A model generated the notes under the pieces. The model had not been told where the DNA came from. It searched no databases and was given only the letters and a program-made list of their open reading frames with translations. The position numbers were made by a program, and so were the translations under genes. DNA of 64,000 nucleotides from Macrostomum lignano (Eukaryota): assembly GCA_002269645.1 (NCBI GenBank), contig NIVC01000909.1, positions 118,258-182,257 on the forward strand, in the 5' to 3' direction. Of the stretch, positions 34,601 through 47,774 are shown piece after piece. Every line of letters starts with the position of its first letter. Positions within the stretch are counted from its first letter, which is position 1.

Positions 34601-35576
34601 TCAGGTTCCAGACGATCCGGAGACTTTGAGGCTGCTGTTGTAGTTGACACCAGCATGCTGTCAGGTATGACGCGATCAATCTCAAGGCCAACCTGTTCAA
34701 TATCTTCGTCAATACCAGTGTAGCGGTTGACAATGACGCACTCTGCCTCAGCCATCAGCTCTTCGGCTCGTTGTAGTCTGGCATCGAATGCCGAATTTTC
34801 ATCCTCTTGAGATGGGGCAGGCTGAGGTGACTGCTCCGGCGCAGCAGGTTGCTGGTGCTGAGGAGGAAACTTCTTGTAAGCGTCCACTGGACTCTGCACT
34901 GGACTGTCCAGCTTCTCCTCCATCCTACGGTAGGTGTATTCAGAGGATACAAGCGCCGAGAAACGACGTCCGGGCTCTGCAGTTTCTTCTTTCGTGGGTG
35001 ACACGAGCTCCTCCGGCCGGATGCCGCCGGAGTGAAACAGGCTGGATGACTGGAGCTGCGGCTCCGTCCAGCTTCGCCCGGCAGCCTCATCGTCGTCTTC
35101 TTCTTCTGTGGCTGAAGCGTAGGAAGACGACTGCGCTGAGGGGAGCTCTCGGGCTTTTTCAAACGCTTCCTCAAGTGCCTCCTGACTAGAGAATTCGGCG
35201 GCTGCTGAGGCGGCTGTGTTGGCAGATTCAAAGCTTGGAGCAACATCCTGCACCGGGGTGGCCATCTCGGAGTCGACCGTTTCCATCGGCGATATCGGCC
35301 TTGACATTTCCTCGCTGATTGACTTCTCTTCAACCTGCGGCGTTGCGTCCGGCGCGTTTAGCGCTTCATCAATACTCAGACTGCGCATCTCCGAACGGAG
35401 ACTGTCCTCGTGCTCCATCGCGCGAATCATTAACGAGTTCAAAGAGCGTCGGCGTTCGGCATCGGTAGCAGCATCGGATGAATCGGCGTCGACTTTGGCA
35501 GGCTCGATGTTGGCAGCGGCAGCTTTGGCTGGCGTGAGCGGCAAGCTGGCTGGCGGAGTTGGACGCTTCTGACCGG
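22612..35576 (-). CDS. ank2: Giant exon of ankyrin (12,965 nt, about 4,320 aa, highly acidic and repetitive)
   Basis: Uninterrupted ORF. The only phase-1 acceptor near its start is ttcaatctgcag|cc at 35576, which matches the upstream donor at 36110. Ends in TAG at 22612. Confidence 0.88.
25400..25690 (-). repeat. Coding 30-bp repeat (EEQPVEYKET), about 9 copies
   Basis: Seen in the giant-exon translation and the DNA. Confidence 0.9.
25880..26200 (-). repeat. Coding 63-bp repeat (QEPEEAEILSVEHKDTESQPL), about 5 copies
   Basis: Seen in the giant-exon translation and the DNA. Confidence 0.9.
26800..27540 (-). repeat. Coding 42-bp repeat (EPQEEPRTVESLE[T/P]), about 17 copies
   Basis: Seen in the giant-exon translation and the DNA. 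Confidence 0.92.
27895..34430 (-). repeat. Coding 27-bp repeat (EPEETEARA) in six blocks, separated by five near-identical ~249-bp modules
   Basis: Modules ELDETPGTIQ...RDERE at about 33369, 32157, 30702, 29895 and 28800. Confidence 0.95.
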
Positions 35577-36109
35577 CTGCAGATTGAATGTTCACCGAGG
35601 CGTTTTCGGAGATTGGTTCGAGAGGGTTGATTTTTGGTAATGGAGTTGGTGCGTGTCGATAGAGATGGAATGGGCAGGATGGAGTGGGGGCGGAATGCGA
35701 GAAGGTTGTAATATTTGAATGTCAGATTTCGAATACATTAATGCGCTGGCATGTAAATGTGGCCAGTTCTACTTTATTATTTCAAAAATGCGACTTCCAC
35801 CGTTAAATATTGTTCGTGCAAATATACTTTTTCCTAAGAAAATTTTTTTAGGTATTAATAGCTAGGATTCTTAAACAGGAAGCCAAGACAAATAGTGCAG
35901 CCATGTTACACACTTATAAATTTTGAACAATTTCGGAGCGTATTTTAGTGCCCTACACGCATGCGTTTCCATAGAAATGCTTTATCTTAGACTTAGCGGA
36001 ATGGTTGCAGAACGGCAAATAAGCGGCAAAGCTCATTCGTTAGCTTTTTTATTGTGGAGCAGCGGCAGCAGCAGCAGCCGCAGAACACAGGCAGTAATTG
36101 GCAGCTAAC

Positions 36110-36643
36110 CTCCTCCTTCTCCTGATCCATCGTTTCCTCTGCGCCGCTGCATCCGCAACGACAGCCTCTGTTGCAGCCGCCTTCGCTGCCTTTCAGTGTC
36201 GGAACTGTACAGCGGATAACTTTCGATGTCGTCTTCAATGAACTGGGAGGCGCTGGACACGGTTCTCCTTGCACTGGCCGCTGCGCCAGCGGTGGAATGA
36301 TCGCCCAGTGAGTCAAAGCTAGTAGTTGTGTCCGTGGTGGTCAGGGTGGCATCCTCTGGGCCGGACTCGGACACGAGAGAGCGGCGGTACCTGTCCAAGC
36401 TGCCAACTGTGCCGTGGTGACCGGCTATGGCTGTTACTTCGGTCAGATCCGGCGTGTAAGAAGACGAGATGTCGGACATTGTTGACGCCTCCAAGGAGGA
36501 GGTGTCGATTCCAGGCGTGGACGAGTGCGACAGCTGCTTCTTGTGATGTCGCTCAGAGTCTGGTGTTGTCCAACTACCCGAGTCCCACTGCTGCGGCTGC
36601 TGCGGCTGCTTTTGCCTCAGCTCAATATTTGAGCTGGTCTGGC
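36110..36643 (-). CDS. ank2: Ankyrin C-terminal-region exon (178 codons, phase 1-1)
   Basis: Acceptor tttttctag|gc, frame GQTSSNIELR...GSGEGG, donor g|gttagc. Confidence 0.7.
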
Positions 36644-37311
36644 CTAGAAAAATAATTCTCCACTATAAAAAATGAATATTAACGTTTCTATTGTAAAACA
36701 TTTTTTCTTAAAAGTATCAGACACACAGGCAGGCGCACGAAGTCTAGCAGAGCCCTAACTGCCTGAGTCCTACCTCCGCAGGCGTTTGCAACATCGTCTT
36801 CAATTTCCAATGCCTGTTGCTCAAACGATGCATCTCGAAAAAGCTTATCTGCAATGAAAAAAATTGAGTTAAAAAATCGTTGATCCATGGCAACCATCTG
36901 GTATTTAATATATTACGTTTTTAACAAGAATAGGCCTACTCACCATAAGATAGTTCGTGCTCAAGATAGTACAAAATAACTGCAGTGCGAGGAGGTGCTG
37001 CTGACAACAGTTAATTGTAGAGTGCTAGCTAAGTAAAATTATTCGCTTCGCACCTCTGGTTTAGGCTGCGACGTTTTGTGCTTTCAAAATTACGAAAATA
37101 TGATTATTCGAGCATAAACTAAAGCCAGGCGAGTCAGGCACTCAGAATAATCAGTCATTACTTTTGTCTCTATGAAACAACAATAAAACAGTAAAAGTGC
37201 TTAGGAAAACTTGTCAGTTGTTGTTGCTACACAACGTAAATTAAGGTGCGCGAGTATCGTCAAATATAAGGAAAAATTCAGCGTAAAAGAATTATGCTTG
37301 ATTAGACTTAC

Positions 37312-37377
37312 CTGACTTTGGCACTGCTGCAGGTAGGGCAGTATGACTGACCGCCACTGATTTCGGAACTTCGACCA
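37312..37377 (-). CDS. ank2: Ankyrin small exon (22 codons, phase 1-1)
   Basis: cgtattttag|tg...tcag|gtaagt, reads VVEVPKSVAVSHTALPAAVPKS. Confidence 0.6.
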
Positions 37378-37487
37378 CTAAAATACGGGAAAGAATTGAA
37401 TCGCGTTTATCCTTAACCCAAGTTCCTGGGTGGCATAGCCCGTACCATTCATGCAAAATCATTTATTGAAGCGCAAATTTTATTTAC

Positions 37488-37640
37488 CATCTTCTGGCGG
37501 CTCAGCCTCCGGAGCCATGGATTGATCCGGTAGAGAGTCTAATTTTGACAGCAGCTCTTCCACCTGAGTCGGACTGCTTGCTTCCCCCGATTCCACCTGT
37601 TTTCGGGCTTTGGCCGAGATCGCTTCCTCTTCGATAGGCT
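37488..37640 (-). CDS. ank2: Ankyrin exon (51 codons, phase 1-1)
   Basis: aaccacag|ag...gatg|gtaaat, reads EPIEEEAISAKARKQ...EAEPPED. Confidence 0.6.
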
Positions 37641-38017
37641 CTGTGGTTTTCAAGGCAAATGGGTTTTAGCGTCGCAGCCAGGTACGCCCATGCAGGGTGT
37701 GCAGTACCGCTTAATTTCCTATCGTCAGAAATGTACATTCAACAAGATTTTAAAGTTCCCCTTTTACCACTCTCCTCACCAGCCTAAGCCAGGGCCTTGT
37801 GTTGCTAATAGCATCATTCACGTCACAGTTGCGACGAGAATCTCGTGGGTTTGAATTATACGGCGAGCAAGTTTGATGTGGCCGTGCACGAGATCGAAAC
37901 TTCTGATGTAATTGAGTCAGGCGAGTTACCGCTAACCTACTTTACCTCCTTGTTTCACTGCCCGATAGAGTTTTTCAATAGAAAAGAGCCTCGTCAAGCA
38001 CTCACTCAAGCACTCAC

Positions 38018-39002
38018 CTGCGTCCTTCCAGTCCCGATCATGTGAGTTAATCAAGGACTCCGGATCTGGGAGCATCTGATCCAGCGACTCAAGCAGTCCA
38101 ACGTAGGCGTCGATCTTCACGCGACGAGCTGCCTCCGCTTCCTCGGCGGTCGGCGCCGACTTTGGTTTCGGCCGTGTCTCGTCCAGCTGAGGCACCACGT
38201 CGGCCTCGTGCACCTCGACAGCCGTTTTTGAATCGTCTTTACCGTCGAGCAGCGCTCGCGCCTGCTCGTGCTCCTTTGGCTCTGTAACGTACTGCACGTT
38301 GCGCATGCACTGCTTCACTACGTCATCTCGTCCAATGCGTCGCAGAGCGGCCTCGAGCGCGTTGCCGGTTGCCTCACCACTGGGCTCTTTGATTCGGCGC
38401 CATCGACGCAGCATTGACATGGCGCGCTCTCGATCATCTGGCCGATTAGCAGCTATTTCAGCGATGTCCGAGTCGGTCAGGCCGAGCTCTTGAGCTGCCA
38501 GAGACCAGTCTGAGCGCAGCTTCTCCGCCACGTCGCGAATGTCCAGCTCAGCTCGAGCGATGGTGTCGCTGGTGAGACGCAACGGTTCCGGCGTAGTTTC
38601 TCTCGACGACGGATCGGAGAGTCTCTGGGGCTGCTGCCGGTCTGACTGCGGCGGCGTCGGCATCGGCGGCCCATCGTATTCGGGCAGTGCCAACTCGACA
38701 CTGCAGGCGCTGCCCGATGCCGGCTCCAGGACGAGTCGTCCAACGGCCGGTCGGTCGGGCTGACTTACGCGGACCTGGCAGGACAGGCGGTTCTCGCGGA
38801 ACGGCCGGACTGTCATTGTTAGCGATTGACGCTGCTGCTGCTCCGACTGCTGTTGCTTCTCCAGTGTTGCTTCGTGGTCAGCAATGACTGTCAGATTTCC
38901 TGGCGCATCCGTCACCCAGCGTTTTCGACCGTCGAGTACCTCAAATTCGGCAGATTCTGCTTTGCGTTCGTAGCCTTCCGCGCATTCCAGGGTTTTATCC
39001 AG
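38018..39002 (-). CDS. ank2: Ankyrin exon: rest of the UPA domain plus the death domain
   Basis: ccaccttcag|ctg LDKTLE...EFEVLDG, MTVRPFRENRL. Death domain DIRDVAEKLRSDW...GNALEAALRRIGRDDVV at about 38305-38570. Donor gcag|gtgagt. Confidence 0.88.
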
Positions 39003-39386
39003 CTGAAGGTGGAGTAAGAAAATTGCTTTGCTTGCCTATGGATTCAATGGGAATCGATGAAGACAATGGTTCAAGGGAAGTCGCTTTGATCGGGATAATT
39101 CGTAATTGTACACAACCCCTTATTTGGGAGCATGCACTTAAAATACTTTAGTACGATGTCATTCCCCACGAAACTTAATTTTAATCTGATAACGCCTGTC
39201 AGCAATCAACTCTGGCCTGTACGGTTTCTGAGTCATTAATCTTCGTTGGATGTTCCTAACCGCTGAGCTAGGACACATGCATTCGATGTTCGATTGTGCA
39301 ACCCTTTTTGCACAAATCAAAGGATCGAGTTTCATAGAGTTTCATATTAAATTTCTCTATTACTGAGTAATTTCCCCGAAACTAAC

Positions 39387-40443
39387 CTTATCGTCAGTGA
39401 CGCAAAGGCAACGCAACATTGCACCGTCCGGTCGATTTCGTTTAGCGTAGACAACAAATCGTCCGATGTAGGGCACCGGCAGGCAATCTCGGTAAATTCT
39501 AGTCGCCAGCGAGACTGCATCCGTGCCGTTTGGACAGTCCAACAGCCAGAACCTGGCGCTGACTGTTGTAGTGAAAGACACGCACTCCTTGACTCGGGAC
39601 AACGGCGTCGAACCCGTGATGTCTTCCCAGGCGGCTACCTGAGCTCCGCCAGTGATGCTGCACATGAGGCGCAGCGTCCAATTATCGGTCTGGCCTGACG
39701 GTCTCGGTGGCACCGGGATCGTCAGCGTGATCGGCTTGTGAAACTTTCGACGCCTCGGCTCGATGGTGACAATAGGCGAAGCTGACACCACCTGGGCAAG
39801 CTGTGCGGCTGTCTCCAATGGAATCGGCATCACCTGGATTGCGACGCGAATCTTTTTAGTCAATGCGCCGTCTGGAAATATGGCCTGCACCTGACGGCTG
39901 ACACCAGTGGAGGTGATGGCGCCGCCTTCGGGACCGATCAGAGCCGTCTCTTGGCGAGGTCGAGTCACCAAGGCGAAGTACTGAGGCATGCTAGTGGTCA
40001 GGATTCTGATTATTCGCTTCTCTCGCAGCTCTTCGGACGTCTCCAAAGGTCCAGGAAGGCCACTGAGTGCGTCCAGCACCGCAGCAGAGTCCTGGCCGCC
40101 AGCTTCCGTTGGGTGCTCCTTCCAGACGTCGCCAGTCTCCGAGCGGTAGACCACAACCTCGCGTTCACCGTTTCTCAGCGCGGCAATGTGCGGCACCTCC
40201 AGCACAATCGGCGATCGGAACGTGCCGTCGACACCGCCTCCGCCGAGCTCGAGGATGCGGCTGGCGAGGCCCTCGCCGTCGCAGAGCTGCGGCGGGCTGG
40301 TCAGGCGGTCGGGCCGTAGCAGGCGGCAGGTGAGGCGCAGCGGCTCGCCAGCGGCTTTCGGCGGCACCACGACGCGCAGGCCGGGGCAGCGCGCTCCGGT
40401 CATGGCACCGCCGCGCGCGTCCACGATGAAGGACACGAGGAAG
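39387..40443 (-). CDS. ank2: Ankyrin exon: ZU5-ZU5 and start of UPA (spectrin-binding region)
   Basis: FLVSFIVDARGG, GEGLASRILE, SPIVTIEPRRRKFHKPITLTIP, SFTTTVSARFWL. Acceptor ccacag|c (phase 2), donor aag|gttagt. Confidence 0.92.
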
Positions 40444-41391
40444 CTGTGGCGATGAGCAGTGATGTTTGTTAGACTATTTCCAGCACTCTTTGTCCATAGA
40501 TTGAGGTCGTTAGCTTGAGCACGCTCCTCTATACATTGAGTACTAATATCTTTCATACCGAAATCCTGACATTTCTCCACACATCAAAAGCATTACACTC
40601 TGCGAAAAGCTTACTATTAGTAGAGTAAAGAGCATATTCCTACAGTTTGTTCAAATATCAAAAGATTTCTATTTAAACGAAAGCCGTCATCTTGAATGAT
40701 AATTTCCGGAATGATCCCCGACGCAAAAAGATGCTTTCTTTACGATCAGTCAAACAAAAAACACCCAAAACTTTTATCCTAATTAGAAGTCGAAGTTGAG
40801 ACCTAAACTAAAAAGACTATCGAATTCCATCAGTTGCGTTATACAGGAGGTACAGTTTCTTGTCTATGTAATTAGTTGAGAGGAAAACTGGACTGCTAGC
40901 TCGTAGAAGCCGGTGGCATCAACGTCAGTCTGTGCAGTCGTAAATCTTCATCATAATTTGGTAAGACTTTGTGCTGCATGCGTTTCTGCATTATTAAGGT
41001 CAAAACATGTTAGCAGCCTCTTTAATTCCAGTGCTTTGTCTTCGGACAGAATCCCAGTGCTTTCAGTTCTTTTATTTACGCACTGTAGCAGACAGTTCCT
41101 TAGATAGATCTGTCTGCACCAGAGACCCCTTGCGTCATAAATTAATCTGCTTTATGTCTGGCCTGGGGCTCTGGCTGGGCCCAAGTCCGACGCGAGGCTG
41201 AGAGAGAAAAGCTGACTGATAAAGACAGACGGTATATGGAGAAGATTTCTTGGGAGCTGTGCTAGCAAACATTTTGGTTGAGCAATGGAATCGGGAGAGG
41301 TAGAAACAGGAGTAAAACTAAAGTACACAGGAGAAAAGTGGGTGATAGAGTGATTAGAGAAGAGAGAGTGAACAGAGTGACTAAAAGAGAG

Positions 41392-41640
41392 TAAACAGAA
41401 CAGAGATGAGGCAGGAGAGTGAAAAGAACAGAGATGAGGCAGGAGAGTGAACAGAGCAGAGACGGGAGGAGAGTGAACAGAGCAGAGACGGGAGGAGAGT
41501 GAACAGAGCAGAGACGGGAGGAGAGTGAACAGAGCAGAGACGGGAGGAGAGTGAACAGAGCAGAGATGGGAGGAGAGTGAACAGAGCAGAGACGGGAGGA
41601 GAGTGAAAAGAGCAGAGATGGGAGGAGAGTGAACAGAGCC
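41392..41640. repeat. 26-bp minisatellite (gaacagagcagagacgggaggagagt), about 9 copies
   Basis: Direct reading. Confidence 0.9.
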
Positions 41641-41658
41641 AAATACCAATAAACTCAC

Positions 41659-41766
41659 ACAGCTGTATTTTTCTGTTGAGCATGCTCACGATGCTCTTCA
41701 GCAAGTGCAGGTTGCTGCTGTTGCTGCTGTTGCTGCTGCTGAGCGCAAAGCCCAGAACTCGTGGAA
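41659..41766 (-). CDS. ank2: Ankyrin linker exon, poly-Q (108 nt, phase 2-2)
   Basis: cttctgcaag|t...gt|gtgagt, reads SSTSSGLCAQQQQQQQQQQPALAEEH. Confidence 0.55.
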
Positions 41767-42539
41767 CTTGCAGAAGCAGACACAGTCATGTTGAATCGAT
41801 AATTAATCTCTAAGTTTTTTATGCCTTCAGCTTCTCAAGCACAAGCAGATGAAATGTTCTGACTAATATAAGATGTTGCTACTTATATATACGAGCTCTG
41901 GAGGCTAAGCTAGAAGGAATAGCTCATTTCTGCAAGTTGACACTATTGCTAGCAACAAAAAACTTATGTAGAGTTATGACTGGGCTGTATTGCGCATGAT
42001 ATGGCTTGAAGCTTTAGGATTTTTTTGGAAGAGGCAGAGAGGGTAGCGAGAGAATAGATTGCAACAAGAAAACAAGCAATATCTACAGAGCAAACTGCGA
42101 CTTCAAGTGAAAGCTAACTGACTATAGGATATACAAATGTAGGTCTCGATCAAACGACTGTCCAAGATGGAAGCCTCTCGCCAGTGATTAATAGCCTCTT
42201 GTCTAGCGGGCTTAATAGCGGGCCTCGGGTATGGCCTGAGCTACAGCAGCTGTGTGGTGAGAAATAGCAGTTTCTGAACACTGGAACAAATCTGCTTTCG
42301 CTTCTTTTTTTACCACGCGCGGGCCACGCAGAGACAGAGGGGAGTGCGGGGTGGGTCCTGCAGCCCTCCCTCAGTCAGGCTTTGGCTGAATCCCCTTGTG
42401 CAGCTTTTTTTGCGACTCCGTCCCGTCCCATGGCTGCGCGGTGTCCAATTGTGATGGGCGTGTGGGGCTGTCTGGTGTGAGACAGTCAGTGCACTCTTGT
42501 CTGTGCATGTCTGTCTGTTGCTATGCTGCAGTAGGTCTG

Positions 42540-45475
42540 CGGTGTTTTGTTTGTCTGTGTCAGTCTGTCTTAGTGTCTGTCTTAGTGTCTCTCTGTCTGT
42601 CTGCCTGTCTTGGTGTCTGTCTGTCTTGTGTCTGTCTGTCTTGTGTCTGTCTGTCTTGTGTCTGTATGTCTTGGTGTCTGCCTGTCTTGGTGTCTGCCTG
42701 TCTTGGCGTCTGTCTGTCTTGGTGTCTGTCTGTCTTGGTGTTTGTCTGTCTGTCTGTCTTGGTGTCTGTCTGTCTGTCTGTCTTGTGTCTGTCTGTCTTA
42801 GTGTCTGTCTGTATGTCTTGGTGTCTGCCTGTCTTGTGTCTGTATGTCTTAGTGTCTGTCTGTCTTGGTGTCTGTCTGTCTGTCTGTCTGTCTTGTGTCT
42901 GCCTGTCTTGTGTCTGTCTGTCTTGTGTCTGTATGTCTTAGTGTCTGTCTGTCTTGGTGTCTGTCTGTCTGTCTGTCTGTCTTGTGTCTGTCTGTCTTGT
43001 GTCTGTATGTCTTGGTGTCTGTCTGTCTTGTGTCTGTCTGTCTTGTGTCTGTCTGTCTTGTGTCTGTATGTCTTGGTGTCTGTCTGTCTGCCTGTCTTGG
43101 TGTCTGTCTGTCTTGTGTCTGTATGTCTTAGTGTCTGCCTGTCTTGGCGTCTGTCTGTCTTGGTGTCTGTCTGTCTTGGTGTCTGTCTGTCTGCCTGTCT
43201 TGGTGTCTGTCTGTCTTGTGTCTGTATGTCTTAGTGTCTGTCTGTCTTGGTGTCTGTCTGTCTGTCTGTCTTGTGTCTGTCTGTCTTAGTGTCTGTCTGT
43301 CTGTCTGTCTTGTGTCTGTCTGTCTTGTGTCTGTATGTCTTGGTGTCTGCCTGTCTTGGTGTCTGTCTGTCTTGGTGTCTGTCTGTCTGTCTGTCTTGGT
43401 GTCTGTCTGTCTGTCTGTCTTAGTGTCTGTCTGTCTTGGTGTCTGTCTGTCTGTTGTCTTGTGTCTGTCTGTCTTCTGTCTGTCTGTCTTGTGTCTGTCT
43501 GTCTGTCTGTCTTGGTGTCTGTCTGTCTTGGTGTCTGTCTGTCTTGGTGTCTGTCTGTCTGTCTGTCTTGGTGTCTGTCTGTCTGTCTGTCTTGTGTCTG
43601 TCTGTCTTAGTGTCTGTCTGTCTGTCTGTCTTGTGTCTGTCTGTCTTGTGTCTGTATGTCTTGGTGTCTGCCTGTCTTGGTGTCTGTCTGTCTTGGTGTC
43701 TGTCTGTCTTGTGTCTGTATGTCTTAGTGTCTGTCTGTCTTGGTGTCTGTCTGTCTGTCTGTCTTGTGTCTGTCTGTCTTAGTGTCTGTCTGTCTGTCTG
43801 TCTTGTGTCTGTCTGTCTTGTGTCTGTCTGTCTTAGTGTCTGTCTGTCTGTCTGTCTTGTGTCTGTCTGTCTTGTGTCTGTATGTCTTGGTGTCTGCCTG
43901 TCTTGGTGTCTGTCTGTCTTGGTGTCTGTCTGTCTGCCTGTCTATGTGTCTGTCTGTCTTGTGTCTGTATGTCTTAGTGTCTGTCTGTCTGTCTGTCTTG
44001 TGTCTGTCTGTCTTAGTGTCTGTCTGTCTTGGTGTCTGTCTGTCTTGGTGTCTGTCTGTCTGTCTGTCTTGTGTCTGTCTGTCTTAGTGTCTGTCTGTCT
44101 TAGTGTCTGTCTGTCTTAGTGTCTGTCTGTCTTAGTGTCTGTCTGTCTGTCTGTCTTGTGTCTGTCTGTCTTAGTGTCTGTCTGTCTTGGTGTCTGTCTG
44201 TCTGCCTGTCTTGGTGTCTGTCTGTCTTGTGTCTGTATGTCTTAGTGTCTGTCTGTCTTGGTGTCTGTCTGTCTTAGTGTCTGTCTGTCTGTCTGTCTTG
44301 TGTCTGTCTGTCTTAGTGTCTGTCTGTCTGCCTGTCTTGGTGTCTGTCTGTCTTGTGTCTGTATGTCTTAGTGTCTGTATGTCTTGGTGTCTGTCTGTCT
44401 TAGTGTCTGTCTGTCTGTCTGTCTTGTGTCTGTCTGTCTTAGTGTCTGTCTGTCTTGGTGTCTGTCTGTCTGCCTGTCTTGGTGTCTGTCTGTCTTGTGT
44501 CTGTATGTCTTAGTGTCTGTCTGTCTTGGTGTCTGTCTGTCTGTCTGTCTTGTGTCTGTCTGTCTTAGTGTCTGTCTGTCTGTCTGTCTTGTGTCTGTCT
44601 GTCTTGTGTCTGTATGTCTTGGTGTCTGCCTGTCTTGGTGTCTGTCTGTCTTGGTGTCTGTCTGTCTGTCTGTCTTGGTGTCTGTCTGTCTGTCTGTCTT
44701 GTGTCTGTCTGTCTTAGTGTCTGTCTGTCTGCCTGTCTTGGTGTCTGTCTGTCTTGTGTCTGTATGTCTTAGTGTCTGTATGTCTTGGTGTCTGTCTGTC
44801 TTGTGTCTGTCTGTCTTGTGTCTGTATGTCTTGGTGTCTGCCTGTCTTGGTGTCTGTCTGTCTTGGTGTCTGTCTGTCTGCCTGTCTTGGTGTCTGTCTG
44901 TCTTGTGTCTGTATGTCTTAGTGTCTGTCTGTCTTGGTGTCTGTCTGTCTGTCTGTCTTGTGTCTGTCTGTCTTAGTGTCTGTCTGTCTGTCTGTCTTGT
45001 GTCTGTCTGTCTTGTGTCTGTATGTCTTGGTGTCTGCCTGTCTTGGTGTCTGTCTGTCTTGGTGTCTGTCTGTCTGTCTGTCTTGGTGTCTGTCTGTCTG
45101 TCTGTCTTGTGTCTGTCTGTCTTAGTGTCTGTCTGTCTGTCTGTCTTGTGTCTGTCTGTCTTAGTGTCTGTCTGTCTGCCTGTCTTGGTGTCTGTCTGTC
45201 TTGTGTCTGTATGTCTTAGTGTCTGTATGTCTTGGTGTCTGTCTGTCTTAGTGTCTGTCTGTCTGTCTGTCTTGTGTCTGTCTGTCTTAGTGTCTGTCTG
45301 TCTTGGTGTCTGTCTGTCTGCCTGTCTTGGTGTCTGTCTGTCTTGTGTCTGTCTGTCTTAGTGTCTGTCTGTCTGTCTGTCTTGTGTCTGTCTGTCTTAG
45401 TGTCTGTCTGTCTGCCTGTCTTGTGTCTGTCTGTCTGTCTATCTGTCTTAGTGTCCATCTGTCTGTCTGTCTGTG

Positions 45476-45518
<43 letters not shown>

Positions 45519-45519
45519 G

Positions 45520-45588
<69 letters not shown>

Positions 45589-45600
45589 GCCTGTCCACGT
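42540..45600. repeat. Compound (TCTG)n array with TTGG/TTAG/TATG interruptions, about 3 kb
   Basis: Direct reading. Confidence 0.97.
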
Positions 45601-46006
45601 GTCTGTCAGTCTTAGTGAAGAGTTATTTTGCGCGCGCTAAGGACGCCTCGCTGTTGTTGAATTATGCAAATCCTTGTTGGATTTGCCACCGTACCAAGCA
45701 GCTTCCCATGTCTGATTCTCCGTCAACAACTCCGCAGATATACTTTCTCTGTAGCTCAGTACGCAGCTAAATTTGTCATGGTCCGGGGCCTCGGCTTAAA
45801 AACTCCCCCCCCTCTATCTCCACACCCTTCCGACCCAGTTACCTGTCTCTCTCCACACTGAAGGATTTTCGTGGGAATTAAGCGCGTGACAAGTACCGTA
45901 GGTGCAGACTGCAATGTCTCTACTGCCTGCTGCACCCTATTGTTCTCAGTTGCCTAGCTTAAATGCAGCAGCAAATTGAAATGCCTTCTGCACCATCTAT
46001 CTATGA

Positions 46007-46730
<724 letters not shown>

Positions 46731-46747
46731 TCTACTCATAAACTCAC

Positions 46748-46899
46748 CTGGTCAGCACAGGCATCTGGTCGCTTGGCGTCTCCTGCTGCTGCTGAAGCAG
46801 CAATAGTTTCGGCTCCAGCTGCTGAATATTTGGCACGGGAACTGAAGCAGCCGCCGTAGCCGCTGACTGCTTCTGGCACTCGGGTTCCGGCACTGCAGC
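46748..46899 (-). CDS. ank2: Ankyrin linker exon (152 nt, phase 0-2)
   Basis: caaaacag|gct...ccag|gtgagt, reads AAVPEPECQKQ...QQQQETPSDQMPVLT. Confidence 0.6.
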
Positions 46900-47344
46900 C
46901 TGTTTTGATTTGAAACAGAGAGTCAGAGTCAGAGTCAGAGAGACATGGGAGATACAGGTGTGAGATAAAATGTATTTCTTAATTACCCTGTAGGTTAGCT
47001 TCAAACAAATTAGTTGTATAGAAAAAATACTAATAAGTCATCGAATTACGAGCGTATTATCCGATAGTTCTAAGAAAAACTGAAATAGATGGATTGCCTG
47101 CAGGGCGTGGCACCGAGTATAGTCATGAAAATGGGGAGCATTCGTATGAAACGATACTAAAACCTTATAACATAAAGGCTTATCTTTCTGCATATCTGAG
47201 TCGGGTTGGCTATCTTTTTTTTACTAATCTTTGATTGCAGCTGAAAAGCCGCTGTCAACAGTATCGGCATTCTATTGGATTCTGTGTTTGAGTCTGTTGA
47301 AGCATATTCAACCTTGATTGTGCTAAAAATAATAGAGGGTACAG

Positions 47345-47670
47345 GAGAGAGGGTAAGTTAGAGAGGGTAAGGGAGAGTTGGTAAGGGACAGAGGGTAAGG
47401 GAGAAAGGGTAAGGGAAAGAGTCTAAGGGAGTGAGCGTAAGGAAGAGAGGGTAAGGAAGAGAGGGCAAGGGAGAGAGGGTATGGGAGAGAGGGTAAGGGA
47501 GAGAGGGTAAGGGAGAGAGGGTAAGGGAGAGAGGGTAAGGGAGAGAGGGTACGGAAGAGAGGGTAAGGGAAAGAGTCTAAGGGAGAGAGGGTAAGGGATA
47601 AAGGGTAAGGGAGAGAGAGAGGGTAAGGGAGAAAGGGTAAGGGAAAGAGTCAAAGGAACAGAGGGTAAGT
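47345..47670. repeat. 14-bp purine-rich minisatellite (gggtaagggagaga)
   Basis: Direct reading. Confidence 0.9.
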
Positions 47671-47688
47671 CAGGGTGTCATAACTTAC

Positions 47689-47774
47689 TTGATTCACATT
47701 TGTTCGAGAGGCACCAGGAACTTGCAGTTGATTTTGCTTCTGCTGCTGCTGCTGTTGATCTTTTGCTTGCCCGT
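47689..47774 (-). CDS. ank2: Ankyrin linker exon, poly-Q (86 nt, phase 1-0)
   Basis: tttaaag|ac...caa|gtaagt, reads DGQAKDQQQQQQKQNQLQVPGASRTNVNQ. Confidence 0.6.

Noticed and set aside
35577-35720. Extension of the giant exon upstream of 35576
   Set aside because: There is an in-frame TGA at about 35723 and no AG acceptor between it and 35577.
39360-40580. ORF-track N-terminus MEKCQDFG...AHRH of the ZU5 ORF
   Set aside because: Intronic read-in upstream of the acceptor at 40443. The same applies to the leading and trailing parts of the other ANK ORFs.
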